Shown: positions 51,167 to 61,061 of the stretch, one piece after another
How the letters are laid out: the number at the start of each line of letters is the position of its first letter
How positions within the stretch are numbered: the stretch's first letter is position 1
Origin: an uncultured Bacillota bacterium
GTDB taxonomy: Bacteria > Bacillota > DTU025 > MWDF01
Direction: 5' to 3'
NCBI GenBank assembly: GCA_963823655.1
Contig: CAWGMK010000013.1
Location: forward strand, 352,001-416,000
DNA length: 64,000 nt
Made by a program: the position numbers and the translations under genes
The notes under the pieces: model-generated
The model's database searches: none
Seen by the model: only the letters and a program-made list of their open reading frames with translations
Told to the model about the DNA's origin: nothing

Positions 51167-52057
51167 TCAGTCGTACTTGTTCTTTTCGGCGTCCATGCAC
51201 TCTTTCAGGAAGGCCTTGTAATGCTCATGACGTAATGATGACAGCTCCCCTGACAAAACGGCCGTCTTAACGGCGCAGCCCGGTTCGGCATTATGCCTGC
51301 AGCCGTTGAATCTGCAGCGGCCCTCGTACTCGTCGATGTCCGGCATCAGGCCCCTTATTTCGTCCGGCAGAAGGCCTGTAAGCTCCAGCGAGGAGAAACC
51401 CGGGCTGTCCGCTACGAATGAGCCTTTCCCCAGCTTAAGCAGCCTGACCTGCCTTGTGGTGTGCCTGCCCCTGCCGATGCGCTCGCTGACTAAAGCGGTC
51501 TCAAGCCCAAGCCCCGGCAGCATGGCATTTATCAGAGTGGACTTGCCTGCTCCCGACTGCCCCGCGAATATGCTGATCTTGCCCTCTAGGAAGTCCTTTA
51601 GCCGCTGCACGCCCTCGCCTTTTGGGGCCGACAGTCCGACTACCTCATAGCCGGAGGCCCTGTAATGTCCGGATACTACCTGAAGGGCCTCGTCTTCGGC
51701 GATGTCCGCCTTGGTTGCGCAGATTATCACCGACAGCATCTGTTTTTCCGCGAGTATGCACAGCCTGTCAGTAAGCATAAGATCCACTGCCGGTGTGATG
51801 AGGGGCGTGAATATCGCAACGCAGTCGACATTCGCCACAGGGGGCCTTACCAGGAAGTTCCTTCTCGGAAGGGCCTCTTCTATAACGTGGCCGCCGCCCT
51901 GTTCCGACACCTTGACGCGGTCGCCTGCGACTATCTCGTAATCCATAAGCCTGAGCTTGCCCCTGATCTTGCAGAGCATTATCTCTGACCCCGCGTCGAC
52001 TTCGGCAAAGCCGCCCTTGATCCCGATTATTACGCCTTCGGCCGTGTTATACGTCAT
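51167..52057 (-). CDS. rsgA: Ribosome small subunit GTPase RsgA
   Basis: RPPVANVD, TKAD, GQSGAGKSTL, GRHTT, DSPGF, CRFNGCRH..EPGC. Confidence 0.94.
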   Translation of the reverse strand: MTYNTAEGVIIGIKGGFAEVDAGSEIMLCKIRGKLRLMDYEIVAGDRVKVSEQGGGHVIEEALPRRNFLVRPPVANVDCVAIFTPLITPAVDLMLTDRLCILAEKQMLSVIICATKADIAEDEALQVVSGHYRASGYEVVGLSAPKGEGVQRLKDFLEGKISIFAGQSGAGKSTLINAMLPGLGLETALVSERIGRGRHTTRQVRLLKLGKGSFVADSPGFSSLELTGLLPDEIRGLMPDIDEYEGRCRFNGCRHNAEPGCAVKTAVLSGELSSLRHEHYKAFLKECMDAEKNKYD

Positions 52058-53951
52058 ATGCTTTATACAGGTTTCCGTCGACCCAGACTTCAATTCTGCC
52101 GGTGCCGAATACCTCGACTACTTCTGTGACTTCCTCGCCGCTTTTGAAGGATATCGGCCCGAAAACCGTCCTTGTGCCATATGTGTCGCTGACTTTTATA
52201 ATGATCTCCTGTATCCACGTCTCCTGCGGAACAGTGTATTTTATCTCGAATTTCTTGCTTTCTGACCCTGTCGTGACCGTGCCCTCCATGGCGATTTTCA
52301 GATCCACGGCGCTGCCTCGGTCGACTTCAGAGCCCGCCGGCGGCGTCTGCCCTATTACGGTCCCTTTGGGCGCATCGCTGGACGCCGTCTCTACCATCAG
52401 GCCCACTTCAAGCCCTCCGGCAGTGAGCGCCTCCTTGGCCGCCTCTGCGTCCATGCCTACTACATTGGGCACGACCACGGTCGGAGGAAGGCCCTGCGAC
52501 AGGACGATGATTATCGCGCCTCCCCTGTCCAATTTGCTGGCAGGTGCGGGATTCTGGCGTATGACAAGCCCTTCTTGCACGATCATGCTGTATTCAAGCT
52601 TGTTTTCGCCTATCACAAAACCTGCCGCCTCGACGATTATCCCCGCTTCCCTGAGGTCCTTGCCCGTAATGTCGGGCACTTCGCCCAGGTCCGGGCCCAG
52701 GCTGATTATAAGGCCAATAGTCGAGTTTACCTTCCGCCTGGTGCCGGCAGCAGGTTCCTGGCTGATTACTGTATCGGCCGGTATCTTCTTGTCATAGACC
52801 GAATTGACCACTTCGGCCGTAAGTGTCTGCTCCTCCAGCCTCACCTTGGCATCGATAAGGCTGAGCCCAATGACTTCGGGCACAACGACTTCATCCACGT
52901 GCATCCAGTTGTTCCAGACCTCATAAAGGCCGAGGGCCGAAGCAGCGACTACGAGTATGAAAACGGCGACTAAGATAAGCAGCTTTTTCAGGCCCTTCTT
53001 CTGGTCATAGCCTCCCTTTTTCCCTTCCGGCATGGGAGAGCCCCCTCCTTCGACCTTGCTGAATGTCTTCGTCTGACTGGACTCCAGTTCTGACAAATCG
53101 GCATCTGTACCGAACTTTCCTAAGTAGCCGTCCTCAGCTTTCATCAGCGCCGCTTTGAACTCCTCGGCGCTTTGGAACCTCTTCGAGGCGTCCTTCTCCA
53201 TCGCTTTGAATATTACCCTTTCCAGCATAGGGCTTATCGAAGGGTTCAGCTTTCTGGGAGGGACGGGCTTTTCAGAAATGTGCTTAATCGCGACGGCCAC
53301 TTCCCCTTCTCCTGTGAAAGGAAGGCAGCCTGTTAGCATCTCATATAGCATCACGCCGGTGGAGTATAGGTCCGACTTGAAAGTCGCAGTCTCACCTTTC
53401 GCCTGCTCAGGCGAGGTGTAGTTCACCGTTCCGACGACCATGCCCGTCTGGGTCAGGTCTCCTTCGCTGGCGGCCCTCGCGATGCCGAAATCGGCTATCT
53501 TCACCCTGCCGTCGGACGAGAGGAGTATGTTGTGCGGTTTGATGTCCCTGTGCACAAGCCCGTGGGAGTGTGCGTGCCAGAGCCCGTCGATGACCTGATG
53601 GATGATGCCGATGCTCTTGAGTATGGGCATCGACCCTCTGTATCCGCGCATCTCCTGGTCCAGGGTCTTGCCGGATACGAACTCCATCACTATGTAATTG
53701 AGGTTCTCGTCGGCCCCTACATCAAATACTCCGACAATGTTAGGATGCGAAAGCCTGGCGGCAGAGAGAGCTTCCTTCCTGAAGCGCTCCTTGGATATGG
53801 CATGCGAGGAGTACTGGTCGCGCAACACTTTGATTGCGACCGTCCTCGCCAGCACAGTATCATAGGCGCGGTAGACCGTGGACATACCGCCCTCTCCGAC
53901 CAACTCCTTGATTTCATATCTGCCCGATAGGACGCTGCCTACTTCCATCAA
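52047..53951 (-). CDS. prkC: Ser/Thr kinase with three PASTA domains (PrkC/Stk1)
   Basis: GEGGM, VAIK, HRDIKPHN, DFGIA, SPEQ, TM helix, three VP.(V/I).G PASTA repeats. Confidence 0.95.
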   Translation of the reverse strand: MMEVGSVLSGRYEIKELVGEGGMSTVYRAYDTVLARTVAIKVLRDQYSSHAISKERFRKEALSAARLSHPNIVGVFDVGADENLNYIVMEFVSGKTLDQEMRGYRGSMPILKSIGIIHQVIDGLWHAHSHGLVHRDIKPHNILLSSDGRVKIADFGIARAASEGDLTQTGMVVGTVNYTSPEQAKGETATFKSDLYSTGVMLYEMLTGCLPFTGEGEVAVAIKHISEKPVPPRKLNPSISPMLERVIFKAMEKDASKRFQSAEEFKAALMKAEDGYLGKFGTDADLSELESSQTKTFSKVEGGGSPMPEGKKGGYDQKKGLKKLLILVAVFILVVAASALGLYEVWNNWMHVDEVVVPEVIGLSLIDAKVRLEEQTLTAEVVNSVYDKKIPADTVISQEPAAGTRRKVNSTIGLIISLGPDLGEVPDITGKDLREAGIIVEAAGFVIGENKLEYSMIVQEGLVIRQNPAPASKLDRGGAIIIVLSQGLPPTVVVPNVVGMDAEAAKEALTAGGLEVGLMVETASSDAPKGTVIGQTPPAGSEVDRGSAVDLKIAMEGTVTTGSESKKFEIKYTVPQETWIQEIIIKVSDTYGTRTVFGPISFKSGEEVTEVVEVFGTGRIEVWVDGNLYKAYDV

Positions 53952-53955
53952 TTCG

Positions 53956-54672
53956 CTAACTCACATCGCTTTCTTCTATCAGCGCCGCTACAACAGTGAT
54001 GTTGTCCTCGCCGCCGCGGATATTCGCAAGCCTGGTCAGATCCTCGCACACCGTCATCATGTCCTGCGTCGCCGAGAACCTTTCGGCCATCTCTATATCG
54101 TTTATCTGGTCCCAAAACCCGTCCGTGCACAGCACAAGCACATCATCAGGAATAAGCGCGAACTGCTTGAGCTCGGGTTCCAGCTCGTCGCACGCTCCAA
54201 GGCAGCGTATCACCGCATGCCTTCCCGGATGCTCCGCCGCGTCCTCAAGTTTTAGAAAGCCGCTTTGGATGAGCTGCCCGGCCAGGGAGTGGTCAGTAGA
54301 AATCCTGGTTGCGGCCCCTTCCCTTACTAGGTATGCCCTAGAATCGCCGACGTGGGCCAACAGGGCGTTTCCGGACCTGACGGCGCACGCCGTCATAGTA
54401 GTGCCCATCCCTAAGAGGTCTGGAACTTCGGCCGCCTGTGCTCTTATCGCGGTGTTGGCCGCTTCAAGTATCTTTTTGAAGTCGTCCAGCGAAACCGCAT
54501 CCTTGCATCTCATGGCAAAAAGGCCGACAGCTATGTTGGATGCCTCTGTTCCGCCGTTATGGCCGCCTAATCCGTCGGCCACGGCGATGCAGCGATACTC
54601 GGACGATGCCAGTACCGAATCCTGGTTGCTTGCCCGGCTCCTGCCCTTATCTGTAGCAAAACCGATTCGCAT
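53956..54672 (-). CDS. prpC: PP2C Ser/Thr phosphatase (PrpC/Stp1)
   Basis: GR.R..NQD, VADGLGGH, MGTT, HVGDSRAY, CTDG, GGEDNIT. Confidence 0.93.
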   Translation of the reverse strand: MRIGFATDKGRSRASNQDSVLASSEYRCIAVADGLGGHNGGTEASNIAVGLFAMRCKDAVSLDDFKKILEAANTAIRAQAAEVPDLLGMGTTMTACAVRSGNALLAHVGDSRAYLVREGAATRISTDHSLAGQLIQSGFLKLEDAAEHPGRHAVIRCLGACDELEPELKQFALIPDDVLVLCTDGFWDQINDIEMAERFSATQDMMTVCEDLTRLANIRGGEDNITVVAALIEESDVS

Positions 54673-54732
54673 CGAACACCCCCGTTAGCCAAATTATATT
54701 ACAAAGGCGGCTATTCCACCATTTTCCATACG

Positions 54733-55785
54733 CTATTTGCCCTCTATGTGCCTCATACGCAGCTGCCCGCAGGCGGCCTCTATCTCTGAGCCCATCTCGC
54801 GCCTTGAGGTGACGGAAATGCCCGCCTCCTCAAGCACCTTCCTGAACGCCGCTATCTGTATGTCAGGGGATCTTTGCAGGCCGCTTTCGGGCACCGCGTT
54901 CAACGGTATGAGGTTAACGTGCGCAAGGCTGCCCTTCAGAAGCCTGATGAGCTTGGAGGCCTGCACCAGCGAGTCGTTCACGTCTTTTATCATTACGTAT
55001 TCGTAGGTGACCCGCCTTCCTGTCTTCTCCGCGTACTTCTTCGCGGCCGCGACCACTTTCCCCAAACCATAGATCCTGTTCACGGGCATTATCCTGTCCC
55101 TTATGGCATCGTCTGCCGCATGCAGCGAGACGGAAAGCGTAATCTGCATGTCCTCTTCCATGAGCTTCTCGATGCCGGGGATTATGCCGCATGTGGATAT
55201 CGTTATGTGCCTTGCCCCGATGTTGAACCCCTTGTCCCAGTTGAGTATCCTTATGAACTTCATGGTCTCGTCGTAATTCATAAGCGGCTCGCCCATACCC
55301 ATTATAACGACGGAGGATATCCTCTTGCCTCCCGTCTGCCTGCTTGCGGCCAGGAACTGGTCGCACATCTCTGAGGCTTTCAGATCCCTTCCGAAGCCTG
55401 CGATCGCCGAGGCGCAGAAGGTGCATCCCATCTTGCAGCCTGCCTGGGACGATACGCAAAGGGAAAGCCCGTAATCGTGGTCCATGAGCACGGTCTCGGC
55501 GGACTGCCCGTCGGAAAAGCCCAGAAGAAGCTTCCTGCTGTTGTCCGAGGACCTCTTGATGTCTATTATCCTGGTCCCTTCCAGGGGCGCTACTTCCTTC
55601 AGCCTGTCTCTTAATCCCTCGGGGATGTTTGTCATCTCGTCGTATGAGGCCGCCATCTTCCCGTATACCCACTCCAGGATCTGGGACGCCCTGTATTTCG
55701 GATGCCCAAGGCTTAGCATCAATGGTTCAAGGTCCGCGGGAAGCATCCCATTGACCCTTTCTTTCTGATTATCTGTCTTCGTCAT
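54733..55785 (-). CDS. rlmN: 23S rRNA m2A2503 methyltransferase (radical SAM)
   Basis: CVSSQAGCKMGCTFC, MGMGEPL, SLHA, AACGQL. Confidence 0.95.
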   Translation of the reverse strand: MTKTDNQKERVNGMLPADLEPLMLSLGHPKYRASQILEWVYGKMAASYDEMTNIPEGLRDRLKEVAPLEGTRIIDIKRSSDNSRKLLLGFSDGQSAETVLMDHDYGLSLCVSSQAGCKMGCTFCASAIAGFGRDLKASEMCDQFLAASRQTGGKRISSVVIMGMGEPLMNYDETMKFIRILNWDKGFNIGARHITISTCGIIPGIEKLMEEDMQITLSVSLHAADDAIRDRIMPVNRIYGLGKVVAAAKKYAEKTGRRVTYEYVMIKDVNDSLVQASKLIRLLKGSLAHVNLIPLNAVPESGLQRSPDIQIAAFRKVLEEAGISVTSRREMGSEIEAACGQLRMRHIEGK

Positions 55786-55805
55786 GTTCGCCTCTTTCTT
55801 TGTGC

Positions 55806-55838
55806 AAAAGCCCGGGATTTAGAATCCCGGGCACTTTT
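55806..55838 (-). terminator. Intrinsic terminator of the ABC transporter operon
   Basis: gcccgggatt-tag-aatcccgggc flanked by A and T runs. Confidence 0.75.
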
Positions 55839-55853
55839 TCCAATAAACGCCTG

Positions 55854-56921
55854 CTATACTGAACCCCTTCTTCTATATGGCAGCCCGCTTGCGGCAGGCG
55901 GCGTCAGCCTTCCGACGAAGCCTGCGAGGGCAAACATCGTCAGTATGTACGGCAGCATTAGAAGGAAGTCTGTCGGTATGGCCGTCATCCCCCACGACTG
56001 GGCGATGAACTTGAATCCCGTAGCAAGTCCGAAGAACATTGATGCGAGGAACGCTCCGATCGGAGTCCATTTGCCGAATATCATGGCAGCAATGGCAATG
56101 AAGCCCCTGCCGTCAGTCATTGCCTCTTTGAACAGGGACAGCTGCCCCAGGGAAAGCGTAACGCCCCCTAAGCCTGCGAGCGCGCCCGATAGTATTACGC
56201 AGAAGTACCTTATGCCGGTTACATTGATTCCAACCGTATCCGCAGCCTCCGGATGTTCACCGCAAGCTCTGATCCTAAGCCCGAGCGGCGTGTAGAAGAG
56301 CACGACTTGAGCGACCACCACCAGAAGCAAAGCGATGTAGACGGGGGGCGTATTGCTGCCGAAGATGTCGCCAATAACCGGAATATTCCTGAAGAAGTCG
56401 GGCAGCATCCAGTTCGCAAGCTTTGCGACCCTGTCCGTCTGGCCGGCCCTATGGAATACGGCCTTAAGCAGGAAGCCGGTCAGCGCCAGTGCGAAGACGT
56501 TAATTGCCACTCCGCTTACCGTCTGGTTGGCGTGGTAGCTTATGCACACGTAGGCATGGATTGCCGCGGTCAAGCCGCCCGCAACCATTGCCCCGAGCAC
56601 TCCCAGCCAGGCATTGCCCGTGAAATATGACACCATGACGCCGAAGAACGCGCCTATTAGCATCATGCCCTCTATGCCGATATTGACAACGCCTGCCCTT
56701 TCAGAGAAGACCGCGCCAATGCTTGCGAGTATCAATGGAGTCGCCATGAAAATGCCGGTGGAGAAGAAGTCGATGACGAGGTATCTGAAGTTCTCCCCGC
56801 CCATCGAGCGGATATTATTTATGGAGAATACTATGAAGAACACTGCGATGATAACCCCAAGCCAGAACGGCCTGGATTTCAACAGCCTGTTCCAATCGAA
56901 CTTCCTGCCTTTTCCGCTCAT
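55854..56921 (-). CDS. Nucleoside ABC transporter permease (NupC-like)
   Basis: SERAGVVNIGIEG, GLRIRACGEHP, GRGFIAIAA..FGKW, LPYILT. Confidence 0.9.
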   Translation of the reverse strand: MSGKGRKFDWNRLLKSRPFWLGVIIAVFFIVFSINNIRSMGGENFRYLVIDFFSTGIFMATPLILASIGAVFSERAGVVNIGIEGMMLIGAFFGVMVSYFTGNAWLGVLGAMVAGGLTAAIHAYVCISYHANQTVSGVAINVFALALTGFLLKAVFHRAGQTDRVAKLANWMLPDFFRNIPVIGDIFGSNTPPVYIALLLVVVAQVVLFYTPLGLRIRACGEHPEAADTVGINVTGIRYFCVILSGALAGLGGVTLSLGQLSLFKEAMTDGRGFIAIAAMIFGKWTPIGAFLASMFFGLATGFKFIAQSWGMTAIPTDFLLMLPYILTMFALAGFVGRLTPPAASGLPYRRRGSV

Positions 56922-58018
56922 ACGCTTCCCACCTCCTTGCCGGAGGCCTTACGGCCCTTTCCCAGCAGCAGCCTGACCGGCAGCCATCCTTTTACTATGC
57001 CTTCCGCGGCTACGATAAGTATTATTACGCCCTGCATTACCCCGATCGTCTCTTTGGGGACGCCGGCTAGCATCTGCATTGTCTGAGAGCCCCTCTGCAG
57101 TATGCCGAAGAGCAGCGCCGCAGGAAGCACGCCCAAAGGATGGCTCTTTCCTACCAACGCTATCGCAATGCCATCAAACCCGTAGCCCTGGAACGCGAAC
57201 AGGTCCAGGAACTTGAACTGTATGCCCATGACCTGGACGGCGCCGGCAAGCCCTGCCAGCGCGCCTGATATGAACATCGCCGCGACTACGTTCTTCTGTA
57301 CGCTGATGCCGCCGTACCTGGCAGCTTCCGGATTGAACCCGACGGCCCTTATCCTATAGCCTATCGTGGTCTTGAAAAGCAGATAATAGACTAGTATTGC
57401 AGCAGCTATGGCGATTACTATGCCGGAGTTCACCCTGATCGGGCTGCCCTCGCCGAAGAATCTCCAAAGCTTTGCCGTTGATAAAATCTCCCTGCTGTAA
57501 GGGCTCGTGATTTTCGGATCCTTAATAGGCCCGTTCACGAGGTAATGGGACAGGTACAGGGCAATGTAGTTCATCATTATGCTGTTGACCACTTCGTGGA
57601 TGCCGAAACGCGCCTTCAGGAAGCCCGGCACGGATGCCCAAATGGCGCCGCATGCCATGCCAGACAGCATTGTCAAGGGAAGGTGGATTATCATGGGAAG
57701 CCCCAGATCCATCGCACCTACAACTGCTGCTCCTATCAACCCTACTATGTACTGCCCCTCGACTCCGATATTGAAAAGCCCGCATCTGAAACCTACTGCG
57801 ATGGCAAGCCCCGTGAATATCAGAGGAGTGGTGTACACTATCGTCTCGCTCAGATACTCAAGGTTGCCGAAACAGCCCTGTATAAGAGCCTTGTATCCTG
57901 TGAAGGGGTTTACTCCCGTCAAGGCCATGAGGATCCCGCCCAGCACTATGCCAAGAAGGACTGCGGTTATCGGCACGACGAACTCCTTGAGGGCTGAGCC
58001 TTTTGCCTTGTCTGCCAT
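56918..58018 (-). CDS. Nucleoside ABC transporter permease (NupB-like)
   Basis: GLFNIGVEGQ, HEVVNSIMMNY, GY.IRAVG.N, GFDGIAIAL. Confidence 0.9.
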   Translation of the reverse strand: MADKAKGSALKEFVVPITAVLLGIVLGGILMALTGVNPFTGYKALIQGCFGNLEYLSETIVYTTPLIFTGLAIAVGFRCGLFNIGVEGQYIVGLIGAAVVGAMDLGLPMIIHLPLTMLSGMACGAIWASVPGFLKARFGIHEVVNSIMMNYIALYLSHYLVNGPIKDPKITSPYSREILSTAKLWRFFGEGSPIRVNSGIVIAIAAAILVYYLLFKTTIGYRIRAVGFNPEAARYGGISVQKNVVAAMFISGALAGLAGAVQVMGIQFKFLDLFAFQGYGFDGIAIALVGKSHPLGVLPAALLFGILQRGSQTMQMLAGVPKETIGVMQGVIILIVAAEGIVKGWLPVRLLLGKGRKASGKEVGSV

Positions 58019-59581
58019 TACCTCACCCCCCCTAATGCCTCGGGCATGGAGCCGGCCATCATTAGGCCGAGCTTCTCCTCCGTGGCATCCTTGATGTCCA
58101 TTATGCCCATGATCTTGCCTTCGTACATGACCGCGATACGGTCCGACAGCGCCATTACCTCATCAAGCTCGAGTGAAACCAGCAGGATGGCCTTGCCTTC
58201 ATCCCTTTCAGCAACCAGCCTCCTGTGGATATATTCAATGGCTCCTACATCAAGCCCTCGCGTCGGCTGTGCGATTACTATCAGCTCCGGAGACCTGGAA
58301 AGCTCCCTGGCGAGAATCGCCTTCTGCTGATTGCCGCCTGACAGCGATCCTGCCGGTGTATCCTCGTCCGGCGTCCTTACATCGAACTCGGCTATAAGGC
58401 GCTTCGCAAACGACCGTATTGCGTCCCATTTCAGGTTGATCCCGCTGCTGAAAGGCTTTTTGTCGAAAGTCTGGAGGACCATGTTCTCGGCCACTGTGAA
58501 ATCAAGGACCAAGCCATGCTTCTGCCTGTCCTCGGGAACATGCACTATGCCGGCCTCAAAGCATTTCTTGGGCGGCAGGTTCGTAATGTCCTTGCCGCTT
58601 AATGTCACTTTGCCGGAATGCAGCTTCCGCATGCCGGTAATGCACTGCACAAGCTCGGTCTGCCCGTTGCCGTCGACGCCGGCTATTCCGAGTATCTCTC
58701 CCGACCGGACGTTGAAATCAATCCCTCTGAGGGCTTGCAGGCCCCTGTCATTATGGGCTGTAAGAGCCTCCACTTTGAATACTTCCTTGCCAGGCTTGGA
58801 GGGGGATTTCTGAACCACTAGCTCCACTTCGCGCCCTACCATCATGTTGGCAAGCTGGCTTGCCGAAGTGCTCCTTGGTCTCCACGGACCCGATTATCTT
58901 GCCGTGGTTTATCACGGTTACGCGGTCCGATATCTCCATTACTTCCTTCAGCTTGTGGGATATGAATATGATCGACTTCCCGTCACGCACAAGGTTGCGC
59001 ATGATCACGAAGAGTTCTTTCGTCTCCTGAGGCGTAAGGACGGCCGTGGGCTCGTCCAGTATCAATACCTCCGCCCCTCTGTGCAGCGCTTTTAAAATTT
59101 CTACCCTCTGCTGCATGCCGACCGAGATGTCCATGATCTTGGCATCAGGGTCTATCGAGAGGCCGAATGTAGTCGATATCGCCTGTAGTTCGGCCCGGGC
59201 TTTCTTCCTGTCGATGAAGATGCCGGCCTTCCTGGGCTCATTTCCAAGCACCAGGTTCTCAGATACCGTAAGGGGCTTGATAAGCATGAAATGCTGGTGC
59301 ACCATGCCTATGCCCTGTTTTAGCGTATCCGCAGGCCCGCTTACGACAAGCGGCTTGCCCTTGAAGAAGATCTGGCCCTCTTCCTGTTTGTAGAGGCCGT
59401 AAAGTATCTTCATCAGCGTGGATTTCCCGGCTCCGTTCTCCCCGAGAAGGCAATGTATCTCGCCCTTCTTCAGGTCGAAGTCCACCTTCGAGTTGGCTAC
59501 AATCCCGGGGAAGGCCTTGGTAATCCCCTTCATCTGAAGGATTACCTCTCCGTTTTGCATTAGCCTTGATTTTTCTGACAT
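58018..59581 (-). CDS. Tandem-domain ABC ATPase (NupA-like; frameshift near 58870)
   Basis: GENGAGKST, LDEPT, LSGGNQQK, PTRGLDVGA. Confidence 0.92.
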
Positions 59582-59599
59582 GTTCTTCCTCCGTATGGG

Positions 59600-59636
59600 A
59601 AAACCGGGCGCCTGGCAAAGGCCCGACGCCCGGTCC
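59600..59636 (-). terminator. Hairpin/terminator after the BMP gene
   Basis: accgggcg...cgcccggt stem followed by a T-run on the minus strand. Confidence 0.55.
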
Positions 59637-59684
59637 CTGATACAGCAGGGCTTAAAAGCCTTGCGCTGCGTTAAGCACCAGGTG

Positions 59685-60698
59685 CTACTTTACGGGTATT
59701 CTCTCTGCTTCGTTGAGTCCCTCAGGAACGACCTTCTGGCCGTTGATGATCATGCTTGCCCATGCGTTTGCCTTTGCAATTGCGCCGGCTGCAGTGTTCT
59801 TGGCTGTCGTCGGGGCCATACCTACGCCCTGCTCTTTAAGGCCAAGGTAGGTAACGCCCGCCTTGAACTTGCCGTCAACCAGGTTCTTGCTGCCCATGAA
59901 CACGCCGTTGTCTACGCGCTTGATCATCGATGAGAGGGTCCATTTCGGCGAGAGCTCGTACTGGTCGGAGTCAACGCCCATAACCCATACGTTCTTGGTC
60001 TCGTTGGCAGCTTCGAACATGCCGATGCCTGTTCCGCCGGAGGCGTGGTAGATTACGTCGGCCTTCTTGATGATGAAGGACTTGGCAATCGCCTTGCCCG
60101 CTGCGGGATCGTTGAATGAACCGGCGTAGCTTCTAAGCAGTGTGATGTTCTTGTCTACTGCCTGGACGCCCATTTTGAAGCCGGCTTCGAAACGCCATAT
60201 GACTGGGAACTCCATGCCGCCGATGAAGCCGATGACCTTGCTCTTCGTTGTCATCGCGGCCAGGACGCCCATGAGGAACGATCCCTCGTTCTCCCTGTAC
60301 ATAACCGACATTACGTTAGGATGCTTGGCATACCAGTCTGCGTCCCATGAGTTGTCGATTATACCGAACTTGGTGTTGGGATACTGGACGGAAACCTTCT
60401 CGATGGCATCGGCCATCAGGAATCCGATTGCCCATACCATGTCGTAGCCTTCCTTAGCGAAGGCGGAGAGGTTGGGCTCGTAGTCTGAGGGGGTGCGTGA
60501 CTCGGCGTACTTCGTAACTGCTCCGAGATCCTTTGCAACCCTCTTCAGGCCCTCGTATGCGGAGTCGTTGAACGACTTGTCGCCAAGTCCGCCGACGTCG
60601 AACACGATGGCAATCTTGTACTCCTTCGAGAAGGAGGGTATCGCCACTATGGCGAGCAGTAGGGCCGCAGTGATAGCGAGAGTGATAGCGCGCTTCAT
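59685..60698 (-). CDS. BMP family (PnrA-like) ABC substrate-binding protein, no lipobox
   Basis: GGLGDKSFN, F.MAD, E.EGSFL.G, GVDSDQ, SMIKRVD; signal peptide lacks Cys. Confidence 0.92.
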   Translation of the reverse strand: MKRAITLAITAALLLAIVAIPSFSKEYKIAIVFDVGGLGDKSFNDSAYEGLKRVAKDLGAVTKYAESRTPSDYEPNLSAFAKEGYDMVWAIGFLMADAIEKVSVQYPNTKFGIIDNSWDADWYAKHPNVMSVMYRENEGSFLMGVLAAMTTKSKVIGFIGGMEFPVIWRFEAGFKMGVQAVDKNITLLRSYAGSFNDPAAGKAIAKSFIIKKADVIYHASGGTGIGMFEAANETKNVWVMGVDSDQYELSPKWTLSSMIKRVDNGVFMGSKNLVDGKFKAGVTYLGLKEQGVGMAPTTAKNTAAGAIAKANAWASMIINGQKVVPEGLNEAERIPVK

Positions 60699-60970
60699 TG
60701 AGGACATTACCTCCATTCGCTGGGGCCCGGGTATTGCCCGGCAGCTCCCGTTTTTGTTATGCACTAGCGCATTTTGAGAAACATGTCCCGCTATGCACTA
60801 TGCATGCTTCCACAGTTATTATAATTAATACCGCTAGTTAATTGCTATGCTTTAATGAAAGTTTCCAATATATGTGACGCGGCAGGCCCCCATTTTGAAT
60901 GTTCTTTTAATAGAACAAGCCCGTACAAGCAAAACTCCAGCTAATAGAGGTTTTTAAAAGACTTCCGCCC

Positions 60971-61010
60971 TTTGTGCAAAATTGCATAAAAACCGACATG
61001 GGCTTAAAAT
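60971..61010 (+). promoter_or_regulatory. SigA-like promoter of gdh with an inverted repeat over the -35
   Basis: TTGCAT-N17-TAAAAT (60982-61010); imperfect palindrome TTTGTGCAAAATTGCATAAA (60971-60990). Confidence 0.5.
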
Positions 61011-61061
61011 TGTATGTGTACGTGTATTCTGTATACATGTAAATTTCAGGAGGTGCGGAAT

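Noticed and set aside
49977-51221. 414-aa plus-strand ORF and other long antisense ORFs (e.g. 43871..44821, 11754..12641)
   Set aside because: They overlap well-supported genes (cinA/rpe, rny, coaBC) and carry no recognisable motifs
60700-60850. Purine riboswitch upstream of the nucleoside ABC transporter
   Set aside because: Conserved aptamer core motifs not visible; only a small hairpin
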